A stretch of 23,374 nucleotides of DNA from Promethearchaeota archaeon (GCA_048938445.1 JBHLME010000068.1:1-23374); one strand, 5' to 3'. Counted from the stretch's first letter, positions 9,075 through 18,540 are shown. Program-made: numbers and translations. Notes: generated by a model not told the origin, from the letters alone.

Positions 9075-10436
9075 TCAAATATAATCGTGATGGTTGTATT
9101 GAGGAATATCAAATAATTTAATACCCGTCATTTTTTCAAATTTTTTAATAATATAATTTTGGATTTTTACAGGATTTTTCATTTTGGGATCAACACTATA
9201 AGGAAATATAATTAAAAAGATATTATGCTCATTACATAAACTTCTCTTTAAATTATCTCTTCTTTTTTGATCTAAAAATTCACAATGTTTTTTATGATAT
9301 TGGTTAGGAAATTCATAGTGTTGTTTACCATTATACTCCAAAGCTAACTTGATCCATTTTTTGTTAATTTTAAACTTAGCAAAACCATCAAAATGCATCA
9401 TCCCTTTATAATCATTAATAATATTTCTAATCATTGTTGTTGGAAATTTTTTTTTAAAAATTTTTTCAAAATAAAATTTACAAATTCGCTGATATTTTCC
9501 CTGGGAACATTCTGGGCACCAACTTTTCAGTTGAATGCTTGAGGCTTGAGTTAACCAGGGATTATGCTCTTCTTTACCACACCACCATTTTAATTTACAT
9601 TTACTAGGAGAATTGAATTGAATTAATTTTTCAAATTCATCTTGAGTAGTTAAAAGCTTTCCAGGAATATTATTTTTTTCTTGACCTCTTATTCTTGCTA
9701 ATTTTACATAGTCATCGTAAGTATGTGGGGCATTTCCCGCACAACTAGGACACCAACCCCCCTGTTGTATACTTCTTTCGGTCGTGTTCCAAGGATCATG
9801 TTCTTCCTTGCTACACCACCATAATAATTTAATATCGCTAGGTTTTCGCTTTGCTGAGAGGATTTTAAATTCTTCTTTAGTTGTTATTAGCTTTCCAGGA
9901 ATCCCTGTTTTTTCTAATCCTCTTATTCTTGCTAATTCTACAAGTTCTTTATATTGAAGTGGATATTTTCCTGCACAATATGGGCACCAATGTCCTTCTT
10001 TTATATTTTTTGCTGTCGATGGCCAAGGTTTATGGTCTTTCTTACCACACCACCATAAAAATTTAATAATGCTAGGCTTTTGATTTGAAGATCTATTATT
10101 AAATTCCTTTTGGGTGGAATTGAGCATCCCAAATATTCCAACCTTATCAATACCAACTTTTTTTGCTAATTCAACCAAATCTTTATATAATAATTTTCCT
10201 GCACAATATTTACACCAGAATTCTTGCTGTATATTTGTTGGCCTAGCAAACCACGGATCATGATCTTCTTTACCACACCACCATAAAAGTTTAGTTAAAC
10301 TAATAGGATGGTCCTTACTAAGTCTTTCAAATTCTTCTTGAGTTGTTAAAAGTTTTCCTGGAATTCCTGATTTTTTTAATCCAACCTTTATAGCTAAATC
10401 TTGAATTATTTTAAATGATAATTTTTGCCTTACCAT
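9075..10436 (-). CDS. Protein with four Zn-ribbon repeats and a C-terminal Vsr/DUF559-like PD-(D/E)xK endonuclease domain (start reassigned to ATG 10436)
   Basis: Four WWC-x4-H-xPW...WCxxC units; HFDGF...LALEYNGKQHY...QKRRD.LK..LC nuclease motif. ATG 10436 removes the overlap with the upstream ORF. Confidence 0.8.
   Translation of the reverse strand: MVRQKLSFKIIQDLAIKVGLKKSGIPGKLLTTQEEFERLSKDHPISLTKLLWWCGKEDHDPWFARPTNIQQEFWCKYCAGKLLYKDLVELAKKVGIDKVGIFGMLNSTQKEFNNRSSNQKPSIIKFLWWCGKKDHKPWPSTAKNIKEGHWCPYCAGKYPLQYKELVELARIRGLEKTGIPGKLITTKEEFKILSAKRKPSDIKLLWWCSKEEHDPWNTTERSIQQGGWCPSCAGNAPHTYDDYVKLARIRGQEKNNIPGKLLTTQDEFEKLIQFNSPSKCKLKWWCGKEEHNPWLTQASSIQLKSWCPECSQGKYQRICKFYFEKIFKKKFPTTMIRNIINDYKGMMHFDGFAKFKINKKWIKLALEYNGKQHYEFPNQYHKKHCEFLDQKRRDNLKRSLCNEHNIFLIIFPYSVDPKMKNPVKIQNYIIKKFEKMTGIKLFDIPQYNHHDYI
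9500..10420 (-). repeat. Four intragenic tandem repeats of 228-234 nt (76-78 aa)
   Basis: WW codons at 10278-10283, 10050-10055, 9816-9821, 9582-9587; identical 19-mer CCTCTTATTCTTGCTAATT at 9685-9703 and 9919-9937; boundaries approximate. Confidence 0.9.
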
Positions 10437-10449
10437 ATTTCTTAATCTT

Positions 10450-10749
10450 TTATATTGGTACTTCTTTTCCTGATCTAGTTTGAAGAAATTTGTTTCCTTT
10501 TGAATCAAAATAAATGAAATTCGCTTTTATAGCAACATCTTTATTACTAGTAAAAAACTCCGCATAGTCATCTCCTATTCCGCTCTCAGGATCCAGCTTA
10601 ATTCCTAACTTTTTCCAATTACGCATTTTTTCTGCTAAAAATTGATAAGTTTTAATGAAATCGTCGATATTTGTAGCATCTGATGTTATCCACTTATTTC
10701 TTATCGTACAAATATATATTTCTTTTTCAATCCCGTTTTTTTTGACCAT
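10450..10749 (-). CDS. Small hypothetical protein (~99 aa; start reassigned to ATG 10749)
   Basis: AAGGGGAATAAA-ATG RBS context; RNKWITSDA..IDD and GIGDDYA look like conserved motifs; ends 13 nt before the nuclease ATG. Confidence 0.7.
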   Translation of the reverse strand: MVKKNGIEKEIYICTIRNKWITSDATNIDDFIKTYQFLAEKMRNWKKLGIKLDPESGIGDDYAEFFTSNKDVAIKANFIYFDSKGNKFLQTRSGKEVPI

Positions 10750-11035
10750 TTTATTCCCCTTTTTTTTATAAATATTATTGATTATTTTCAATTTCACTAC
10801 TTTTTTTCTATATATCTTTTTAAATATCGTTAAATTTATATTGGCATTTGTATATAAAGGAAAAAAGGATTTTTATGAAATATGCTACTTATGATTCTTT
10901 CCTTGCATTAAAATATTGGTATTGATAAAAATTAATTAAGAAAATATTACATAATGAATAAAAGATGAATTAAAATTGCTTATAGAGATCTTCTCACATT
11001 TTAAATTTAATTAAAGAATTTGGAGTAGTAGATCT

Positions 11036-12310
11036 TTAATTTGATTTAATAAAATTTGATAGAATGTTAAATTCGTTTTTTTTTATATATTTAGACCAAC
11101 TTTTATAATCTTTTAGTTTCCAGTTTTTTGCTTCTTGAAGTGGAGGGATTTTACATGGAATTGGTTCCATCCTACAATATAAACAATCTCCTTTACATTT
11201 TACGGGTTTAAACTCATTATTCGTACTTTTCCGGGTATATATAGGTATATTTATTCCCTCACAGTTATCAGAAGTCATAAATTGATGGTCATTATTCAAG
11301 CTTTCATAATAAAATAAACCATTTTTCTGTATAATCTCAAATTCCATGCATGTCGACATTGTAACCCCTATTTCTTGACAATAATTTTTAATTTGCTTCA
11401 ATATTTTTTTTCTATAAGAAATATTAGCATGTAAGTCTGATGTTATTTTTTCATTATATAATTTAAAATATTTATTTTCAATCTCATTTCCCTTAATATT
11501 AATTAAATTAGTTAAAATTTTATCTTTAATAAAGATAGGAATATCTAAAATGCTTGTTCCTATATGGTTTGCACCTGCTTCTACAGCAGCATTAATCACT
11601 TCTTTGATGTCATTGAAATTATCATTAACATATGGAATTATTGGATCAATTCTACATACAACATGAATATTAGAATTAGCTAGCCGTTCTATGTTCTTTA
11701 ATAATTGATTAGTGCTAGCTCCTTTTCCAAAGATCAATTCTTTCTTTAATTCGTCATCTAAAGTTAGAATAGAGACTTGTCCAAAACTATGGTGATATTT
11801 ATGCTCAGCCATAAGTTTAATGGCCTCATTAGATATAACTCCTTTTGTTATTACTTCAATGGGTAAATTGAATTTTAGGAATACTTTCATTATTTTTTCT
11901 GTTAAATGATATTCATTATTAACGGGTTGAAATGGGTCAGTAGTAGGTGAAATATATCCACATGATGCACATAAAAGACTATTTATTTGTTGATCGATAA
12001 GTTTATCAAAATCTTTAAAAACAGTGATTATTCCTTCCTTTCTAAATAATTCAAAATAACCCCATAGAGCATGCGCATAACAAAAGGAACAATCCCAACT
12101 ACATCCATTATAAGGATTAATCAAGAACCTTTCAGAAATACACGCTCTATTACCTTGATCGTTTGCAGAGTTCCACCATCCATGAATTTTCTTTTTAGAA
12201 TTTATTAAAATATGAGGTACTGGTTTTTCAATAACTTCGGGAAACTTGTATTTACCCCCAATTTTTAACTCTATAACTTTTTTTTTTGAAACGGGATTCA
12301 AATTTCCCAC
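11036..12310 (-). CDS. Radical SAM protein, spore photoproduct lyase-like (COG1533) family
   Basis: INPYNGCSWDCSFCYA (CX3CX2C), TDPFQP, ITKG, RIDPIIPYVND motifs; GTG start after GAAAG. Confidence 0.88.
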   Translation of the reverse strand: MGNLNPVSKKKVIELKIGGKYKFPEVIEKPVPHILINSKKKIHGWWNSANDQGNRACISERFLINPYNGCSWDCSFCYAHALWGYFELFRKEGIITVFKDFDKLIDQQINSLLCASCGYISPTTDPFQPVNNEYHLTEKIMKVFLKFNLPIEVITKGVISNEAIKLMAEHKYHHSFGQVSILTLDDELKKELIFGKGASTNQLLKNIERLANSNIHVVCRIDPIIPYVNDNFNDIKEVINAAVEAGANHIGTSILDIPIFIKDKILTNLINIKGNEIENKYFKLYNEKITSDLHANISYRKKILKQIKNYCQEIGVTMSTCMEFEIIQKNGLFYYESLNNDHQFMTSDNCEGINIPIYTRKSTNNEFKPVKCKGDCLYCRMEPIPCKIPPLQEAKNWKLKDYKSWSKYIKKNEFNILSNFIKSN

Positions 12311-12740
12311 CTTTCTTTAATTAGTTTTTATTATTATTTGTTTCTATGTAAGGCTTCTTATTGAGAAATTAATAATGTAAGGCAGTTATGATTTTGTGAT
12401 TTGTGGTTAAATCCCCGAAAATTTTAGCATAAATATATGGAATTACTCCTAAAAAATATTTATTTTTGAATTCTCCTATGCAATAACTTGATTTTGCCTT
12501 TAAACACTTTATGTATTTAATATGGCTTTATTCTTCAATTTTTCCTATTAGTGAATAGTTCTCTTTTCAATTTATATTGTTCTGAATATTTAAGCACGAC
12601 GTTATGTTGGGGTAATTTAAAGATATAATAGAACCACAAATTTAAAGGTAATTTAGAAGATTATCTAAAATGGAAGATTAAAGGATAAAAGGAAGGGAAA
12701 AATTTCATTATATTTTCTTTTTATAGTTCGTTTTGATGTT

Positions 12741-13295
12741 TTAACGATTAAGGTGCCTATTTAATTCAAGATATAATAATTCAATAGCAGTATTTAGGAA
12801 GATTTGGGCATATATACTTGTATTAAATACTTCTTGCCAATTAACTTGACCAGAATTAATATCTACTAGTTTCTGATATTGTTTTGGTTGTAAATTGGCA
12901 CTTAAATTAGAGATATATTGATTATACTCATTTAAATAGTGTGAGAGTTGCATTAAGATTTCTTCATTAACTTCAATACGAGTTATATAAATTGGAATTA
13001 TTTTTCTATTTCTTTTGAATGTTCCTTTAATTATATTACCATTATCATAGATCATTTCTAAGATATAATCTTGATTTTTAAGTTCAAACATTTTCTCATT
13101 TATATCAGATTGATCCATCACATTATTTAGTCGATTTAATAAATCAATTATTAAATCTGTTTGTTCTCTACTGAATTGCATATTTAAACTCATAAAAAGT
13201 ACAATGTATGATATGAATTTATAACCAAAGAGTCGAGAAAAATTGTGAATTTTGAAAATATTAATAGTATATTCCCTTTTTTCTGTCTTATTCAT
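12741..13295 (-). CDS. Hypothetical protein (start may be ATG 13193)
   Basis: Open frame downstream of, and overlapping by 8 nt, the methyltransferase; N/Q-rich and helical; no recognised motif. Confidence 0.6.
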   Translation of the reverse strand: MNKTEKREYTINIFKIHNFSRLFGYKFISYIVLFMSLNMQFSREQTDLIIDLLNRLNNVMDQSDINEKMFELKNQDYILEMIYDNGNIIKGTFKRNRKIIPIYITRIEVNEEILMQLSHYLNEYNQYISNLSANLQPKQYQKLVDINSGQVNWQEVFNTSIYAQIFLNTAIELLYLELNRHLNR

Positions 13296-14664
13296 TTAGA
13301 AAATAGGGGATTTTCTCAAAACTACTTGGTTCTATAGGGGGGTCATTTCCTCCGTACTTAAATCCAAGTTCAGCGTAATTTTTTATTATGGGAGGATCTA
13401 CTCTAGTATTTTTTTTTACAAAAGGCCCATCAAATTTTGCATTTCTAATAATAACTATATCACCTTCTTCAAAATTAAAATCTGTACCGCTATAATTAGC
13501 AATTTTAAATTTACAACCTCCATTACAGAAATAGTAATCAGTATAACTCCGGTTTGTAAAAAGTCCATAAATATCTATATTCTCTCTTCCATTTCTATCT
13601 AAAATTTTCTGTCTCTTATATCTATTCATATAAGTTAATGAAATATTTCTCTGATATAAGTCAATTGTGTTCTGAATAAGATTACTGTAATTTCTTGAAT
13701 TGATATCTTGGGAACTTAATACCAAATAACAGAAACTATTTCTTTCTTCAGGATTTATTTGAAAAGTACATAAATCACCGCAAGGATTAAAAAATGGAAA
13801 GTCTCTCTTTTGTGGTGTTCCATAATTTCTGTTTGCGTTTAGACAAGGCGCATTTCTTATAAGATTTACTTCGGATTTAAAATCAATTTCAAGATATTTA
13901 TATAAATGAGGGGATGGTGCTTCTAATAGGATAATGATTCCATTTTCCTTTAAATATGTAGAAATTAGATTAAATAAATTAATCAGTTTATCTTTATCGG
14001 GATTATTTTCATTTATAATAAAAGATAAGATTATAACATTATATTTTTCATCCCCTAAAATTGTTTTTAAACTCCCCTTCAGATCTTTAAAATTGATAAA
14101 ACGTGGCTCCAAGGTTTCTTTTAAATTAATCCTTTTACTTAAGGCTGGATTTATGGTTTGGATAATATTAAAGAGCTCCTTGATGAATTTAAGAAAATTC
14201 TCTTCTCTTTCAATCAAATTAACCTCATAATTAAAGTTGAATATCCCAAATTGGTTAATATTTTCAAAGTATTCAATAAAAGCATTAAACATCGTCCCTG
14301 GACCCGTTCCTATATCTAAAATTCTAATAGTTTCATTATTCCAACTTTTTAAAATTTCATAGAAATTTGTATATTTTAATAAATGGTTTAGAATAAAATG
14401 CATCCGAGGGAAATATATCTCTAAATAACTATTAATATAAGCAATATATTGCTTTTGATCAGAGTATAATGGCTTTATAGGGACTCCTTTTTTTAATAAG
14501 TCAAAATCTTTACTTAATTTTGATTTCCCATCTTCTATATCTTTATCTGATAAACCTGAAGAATTTGTTTCTTTTAATATCGTATATCTTATATAATCAG
14601 GGAGTTTTACATCCTTAGGGGGACGCAAATTCTCTAATATCTCTTGTTTCATATATCTATCCAA
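13288..14664 (-). CDS. Class I SAM-dependent methyltransferase, Rsm22/METTL17-like, with Cys cluster and probable C-terminal OB fold
   Basis: AYINSYLEIYFPR, ILDIGTGPGT motif I, ILSFIINE, GIIILLEAP, APC...PCGDLCTF...FCYLVL. Confidence 0.72.
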   Translation of the reverse strand: MDRYMKQEILENLRPPKDVKLPDYIRYTILKETNSSGLSDKDIEDGKSKLSKDFDLLKKGVPIKPLYSDQKQYIAYINSYLEIYFPRMHFILNHLLKYTNFYEILKSWNNETIRILDIGTGPGTMFNAFIEYFENINQFGIFNFNYEVNLIEREENFLKFIKELFNIIQTINPALSKRINLKETLEPRFINFKDLKGSLKTILGDEKYNVIILSFIINENNPDKDKLINLFNLISTYLKENGIIILLEAPSPHLYKYLEIDFKSEVNLIRNAPCLNANRNYGTPQKRDFPFFNPCGDLCTFQINPEERNSFCYLVLSSQDINSRNYSNLIQNTIDLYQRNISLTYMNRYKRQKILDRNGRENIDIYGLFTNRSYTDYYFCNGGCKFKIANYSGTDFNFEEGDIVIIRNAKFDGPFVKKNTRVDPPIIKNYAELGFKYGGNDPPIEPSSFEKIPYFLNE

Positions 14665-14920
14665 TTTAAATCAACTCTAATTTAATTAATCTTATTATTT
14701 CTCTAAAAAAACTTATAGTATGCCAAACCTTGGATGATTTGATTTTTATTGATGATTTAATTCGTATTTTTAATGTTTTTGGGAGTATGATATATAATCT
14801 ATTCTACTTTAAAAGAAAAGAGTTAAATATATAAATTTAATGTTAGAGTTTTAATAGCGATAAGTGTTTCAAAACACCTAAATTAAATTTTTAAATAAAA
14901 TATAATTTTATTCAACAAAA

Positions 14921-14944
14921 GTGAATTTTAATGATAAAATTCAC
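14921..14944. promoter_or_regulatory. Perfect 10-bp inverted repeat (operator or terminator hairpin)
   Basis: GTGAATTTTA-ATGA-TAAAATTCAC between the wHTH gene end and the methyltransferase start. Confidence 0.4.
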
Positions 14945-15012
14945 CTTTCTATATAGGTTCTTTAAAAATCTTCATTTTATTAAAAAACTGTAATCCCAAT
15001 CTGAAATATAAA

Positions 15013-15285
15013 TTAACTTTTTTTATTATTATCGAGATGTTCTCTTAAATATTTTTTAAAATTTTTCCCTTTTTCTGCGATATAGTACTCTTGATTATTT
15101 TTTTCTATTAAGTTTAAGTCAAGTAAAACAGGAATTCTACCCCTAATACAAGCAATCGGAAGTCCGGAAAATAATTTTATAGTTTCAATATCTTTTGCTC
15201 CCCTATCAATAGCTAATAAGATGTCTATTCCCATGTTTCCTAATAAGTAATTTAAATCTTCTAAAGAATCTTTTTTACTTGACAT
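15013..15285 (-). CDS. Small winged-helix DNA-binding protein
   Basis: ILLAI..G, helix-turn-helix, then LLDLNLIEK...YYIAEKGK wing signature. Confidence 0.75.
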   Translation of the reverse strand: MSSKKDSLEDLNYLLGNMGIDILLAIDRGAKDIETIKLFSGLPIACIRGRIPVLLDLNLIEKNNQEYYIAEKGKNFKKYLREHLDNNKKS

Positions 15286-15340
15286 TTTTTTATTTTTTTT
15301 AAAATTGTTTTAAAACTTTAAAGATCTTATAAAAATTGAG

Positions 15341-16702
15341 TCATTTCTTTTTTTTCTCTTTTGTATTATCCTCTAGATCTTCAAAACCATTCTTTATAGG
15401 TTTATTCTCTTTTAATTGTTGTTTTTTAGGACTAGAAGATAATTCCTCTAAAAAAGATTGAACTCTAGTTTCCTTGGGTGTTTGTACTACTTTCTCCCCT
15501 AAACCCTTAAAAATTTCAGCCATTTCTTCTCTTAGTTGTTGTCTTTCTATTTTTTCTAATTCTTCAATGCTTGGAGTATATTTATCTGCAATAACTGGTG
15601 CCGCTTCCTTGCCTTTTAATAATTTTCTTAAATATTCCGGAAAATCTGTCATTATCTGAAAATTTGTTTTTAAAACAATACAGGTTTCACCATTTAATTG
15701 TATCTCATCAATAAAATTATACCTTTCTAAATATTCAATTGTTCTTATAAGAGAATTTAGATTTCTTTTAGGAACAATTTCACCTAATTTACTTTTAGGA
15801 ATCCATCCATTTCTTAATTTTGATAAGATATTATATTTTTTTGGATCAGAAATAACTTGAAAGATGAGATATGAATCATCAATTAGATCTTTTTTATTCT
15901 TTTTTTCATGTTCATTAAAAAAATCTAATATTCTTGGTAATAAAAATTCATTTAACTTGTTCTCATCATCCCAATTTTCAATTACACTTACGGGAGGAAT
16001 TCTTTCAGCACTCACTTCTCTTAATAAGAGAATATACGTAGTCCAACCTATTTTATTTTTAAAAATAAACTGCTTATCAACTAAAATATCAATCATATCA
16101 TCAAAATTTTTATGAACAAAAGAATTATGGAACCATTCTGATAATCCTTCCAATGTACTTGGCCCTTCTGAAAGTTTTTGTAAAGTTAAGAAAATGTGAT
16201 TCTCACTTAATAATGAAGCAATAACCTCCTCTTCGCTCTTTTCACGTGTATCTTCTTGAACGGTTCTGTATAAGTCTTTTATTAAAACTTTCATGAGTTT
16301 ATCATTTTGTATGATCTCCTTACTATGTTCTTCGTAATTATTGAGATCATTGATATAATATGCAGCATAAATCTCTTCATTTGCTTGTAACATGCTAGCA
16401 AAATCGGCTAACAAATTACTCACTTTCTGTTCAACCTCAAGGCTAGTTTGTTGGTCAAATATAACTGATGCCATTAACATTTCTTTATTTCCACGTGCCC
16501 AATCTGAAGGAATTTCAAAATAATAATTCATTGAATAAAGATTTTCGAAAGAATGGGTAAAAAAACCTTCATTGAAAGTTTGATCCATTATATTTGCAAT
16601 TCTCACGGATAAAACATCATCCAAAACGGATTCTGGATATGCATATGCGTTAATTGGCCCAATTTTTCTATGAAAATATGATAATGATACAATTAATTTC
16701 AA
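15341..16702 (-). CDS. uDENN/longin-domain (FLCN/SMCR8/NPR2-like) protein with probable C-terminal winged-helix modules and a charged tail
   Basis: N-terminal SYFHRKIGP and NYYFEIPSDWARG..EML.ASVI resemble the folliculin uDENN F...GP and D..ARG motifs; LVDKQFI and LERYNFI are wHTH-like segments. Confidence 0.65.
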   Translation of the reverse strand: MKLIVSLSYFHRKIGPINAYAYPESVLDDVLSVRIANIMDQTFNEGFFTHSFENLYSMNYYFEIPSDWARGNKEMLMASVIFDQQTSLEVEQKVSNLLADFASMLQANEEIYAAYYINDLNNYEEHSKEIIQNDKLMKVLIKDLYRTVQEDTREKSEEEVIASLLSENHIFLTLQKLSEGPSTLEGLSEWFHNSFVHKNFDDMIDILVDKQFIFKNKIGWTTYILLLREVSAERIPPVSVIENWDDENKLNEFLLPRILDFFNEHEKKNKKDLIDDSYLIFQVISDPKKYNILSKLRNGWIPKSKLGEIVPKRNLNSLIRTIEYLERYNFIDEIQLNGETCIVLKTNFQIMTDFPEYLRKLLKGKEAAPVIADKYTPSIEELEKIERQQLREEMAEIFKGLGEKVVQTPKETRVQSFLEELSSSPKKQQLKENKPIKNGFEDLEDNTKEKKKK

Positions 16703-16838
16703 TTAATAAGTCTCCATTCTTGCTGATTCAAATAATATACTTTATTTTACTTTTATCATCCTAACTTAAGTTAATGTTAAAAATTATATATTCTTCTAAT
16801 TAAATAAATTTATCTTTACATGAGTTCTATTTGAGATA

Positions 16839-17579
16839 ATGTGTCCAATAAAATTAGTTGGATTTGACTTGGATGATTGCCTTTTTGATTCAACGGGATT
16901 ATCTGAGAGAGCAAGAATTAAAGGAATTAAAGCTATGATTAATTTAGGTCTTGATATTAATCCACAAGAAGCTATTGATACTATTCAAGAAATTGTTAAA
17001 GAATATGGCTCAAATTTCGAGATGCATTATGATTATTTTATTCGAAGATTAAACCATCGAAAAAATAGCATGAATATCTCATATACCAATCAATATAAAT
17101 ATATTGCCGCAGCAATTATTGCCTATCATCAAGAAAAAATTGATTCTATTAACCTTTATGATGATGTTGAGGATTGCTTAAAGAAGTTAAACTCAATGAG
17201 AATACAATCAATCATTATTAGTGATGGTTCTCCTGTTAAACAAAATGAAAAAATTTTACGATTAGGTTTAGATAAATTAATTGATTCTGTGTTCATTTCT
17301 GATCAAATAGGTATTAAAAAACCTAATAAAAAATTATTTGAATATTGCCTAAATACATTAGAAGTAAAAAGTTCTGAAGCCATTTATATTGGAGATAGGA
17401 TTGATATGGATATAATTCCAGCTAAAATGTGTGGTATACACGCGATATATATTCATCGGGGAGGAAAATATGATTTTTATAATTCTCATGAAAAAATTCC
17501 TCAAGAGAATAAACCAGATTACGAAATATCTTCATTAAAGGAAATCTTTAAAATTATTGAAAAAATTAATAGTCAATAA
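16839..17579 (+). CDS. HAD-superfamily hydrolase (TIGR02253-like, subfamily IA)
   Basis: FDLDDCL motif I, ISDG, KKP, YIGDRIDMDI motifs. Confidence 0.92.
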   Translation: MCPIKLVGFDLDDCLFDSTGLSERARIKGIKAMINLGLDINPQEAIDTIQEIVKEYGSNFEMHYDYFIRRLNHRKNSMNISYTNQYKYIAAAIIAYHQEKIDSINLYDDVEDCLKKLNSMRIQSIIISDGSPVKQNEKILRLGLDKLIDSVFISDQIGIKKPNKKLFEYCLNTLEVKSSEAIYIGDRIDMDIIPAKMCGIHAIYIHRGGKYDFYNSHEKIPQENKPDYEISSLKEIFKIIEKINSQ

Positions 17580-17597
17580 ATTCTACTATTTGAATTA

Positions 17598-18407
17598 ATG
17601 AAAGTCGTTTGTATTCAACCGCAATTGATGCAAGATAGAGAAAAAGGTTACTCTGAAATCCGCTCTATTTTTAAAACAGTTTTCAAATCTCACGAAAATT
17701 GTGATATTGCGTGTTTGCCAGAGAGATGGATTCCTTTTTTTAAAGATTTGAACAAAAATTTCCAGTTAGAACGTGGCGAGGATTATTCATTTGTTCAAGA
17801 GCTCGCAAAAGAATTCCAAATTAATATTATCTCTGGAGCAATATGGGAAAAAAGAAAAGATATGAAAAAACCGTTTATAACAAGTTATTTTTTTAATCAG
17901 AAAGGAGAAGAAATTGGCCGGCAAGATAAAATACATTTATACGCAACAGAAAAAAGAATGTTTGAACCCGGAAAATTATTGAATTTATTTAAATTAAATA
18001 ATTATTATTTTTCAATATTAATTTGTTTTGATATGGCATTCTATGAAACTCCAAGATTAGCCGCAGAAAATGGTGCGGATGTATTATTTTCTCCAACTCA
18101 AATAAGAGCCGATGGAATGAAAAATTGGGCAATATACTTGCAAGCTAGGGCCCTTGAAAACCGAATTCCTGTTGTAGCTTGCAATACATTTGGAAAAATA
18201 CTCGATAGGAATTTCCAAGGTAATAGTAAGATTATTTCTTTCGTTAAAGGATTTAATTCTCCATCAAAATTAAAAGTTGTAGAGGGACCAAAAAATTCTA
18301 GTGGATTTATTTATGACGATTTAGATTTGAACTTTCCTAAAAAAATAAGAAAAACCAGATTAAAAGAGAAAATTAATACTAAAACCATTAATATTAAGAA
18401 ATTTTAG
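17598..18407 (+). CDS. Carbon-nitrogen hydrolase (nitrilase superfamily)
   Basis: Glu-Lys-Cys triad in LPE, QDKIHL and ICFD; ARALEN motif. Confidence 0.92.
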   Translation: MKVVCIQPQLMQDREKGYSEIRSIFKTVFKSHENCDIACLPERWIPFFKDLNKNFQLERGEDYSFVQELAKEFQINIISGAIWEKRKDMKKPFITSYFFNQKGEEIGRQDKIHLYATEKRMFEPGKLLNLFKLNNYYFSILICFDMAFYETPRLAAENGADVLFSPTQIRADGMKNWAIYLQARALENRIPVVACNTFGKILDRNFQGNSKIISFVKGFNSPSKLKVVEGPKNSSGFIYDDLDLNFPKKIRKTRLKEKINTKTINIKKF

Positions 18408-18540
18408 TTAAAATTATTAAATTTTAAGTTTCAATTTCGCGTAGCGTTCCTTTATTTATTAAAAAAAAATTTTTTATTTTACTTTTAGTCACGTCACTCC
18501 GTGGGATTTAAATACTCCTCTATGGATAAACTATAAACAC

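Noticed and set aside
9500-10420. Regularly spaced repeats considered as a CRISPR array or DGR template/variable repeats
   Set aside because: The period is 228-234 nt, in frame and conserved at protein level; there are no cas or reverse transcriptase genes and no adenine-specific mismatch pattern was evident.
10450-10508. 59-nt overlap between the two minus-strand ORFs as a programmed frameshift or fusion
   Set aside because: The overlap disappears if the nuclease starts at ATG 10436, just before its first repeat.
12311-12740. Long intergenic region with ATGTAAGGC twice, GGTAATTTA twice, a 10-bp distant inverted repeat (ATTTGTGGTT/AACCACAAAT) and GTTATGT; considered as an attC site, MITE or sRNA
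   Set aside because: The repeats are short for AT-rich DNA. There is no coherent R''/L''/L'/R' fold, target-site duplication or C/D box set.
5886-15012. Whole accessory block as a prophage or integrated element
   Set aside because: No integrase, transposase, tRNA target, att repeats or structural genes were found, and it contains a likely housekeeping sRNA.
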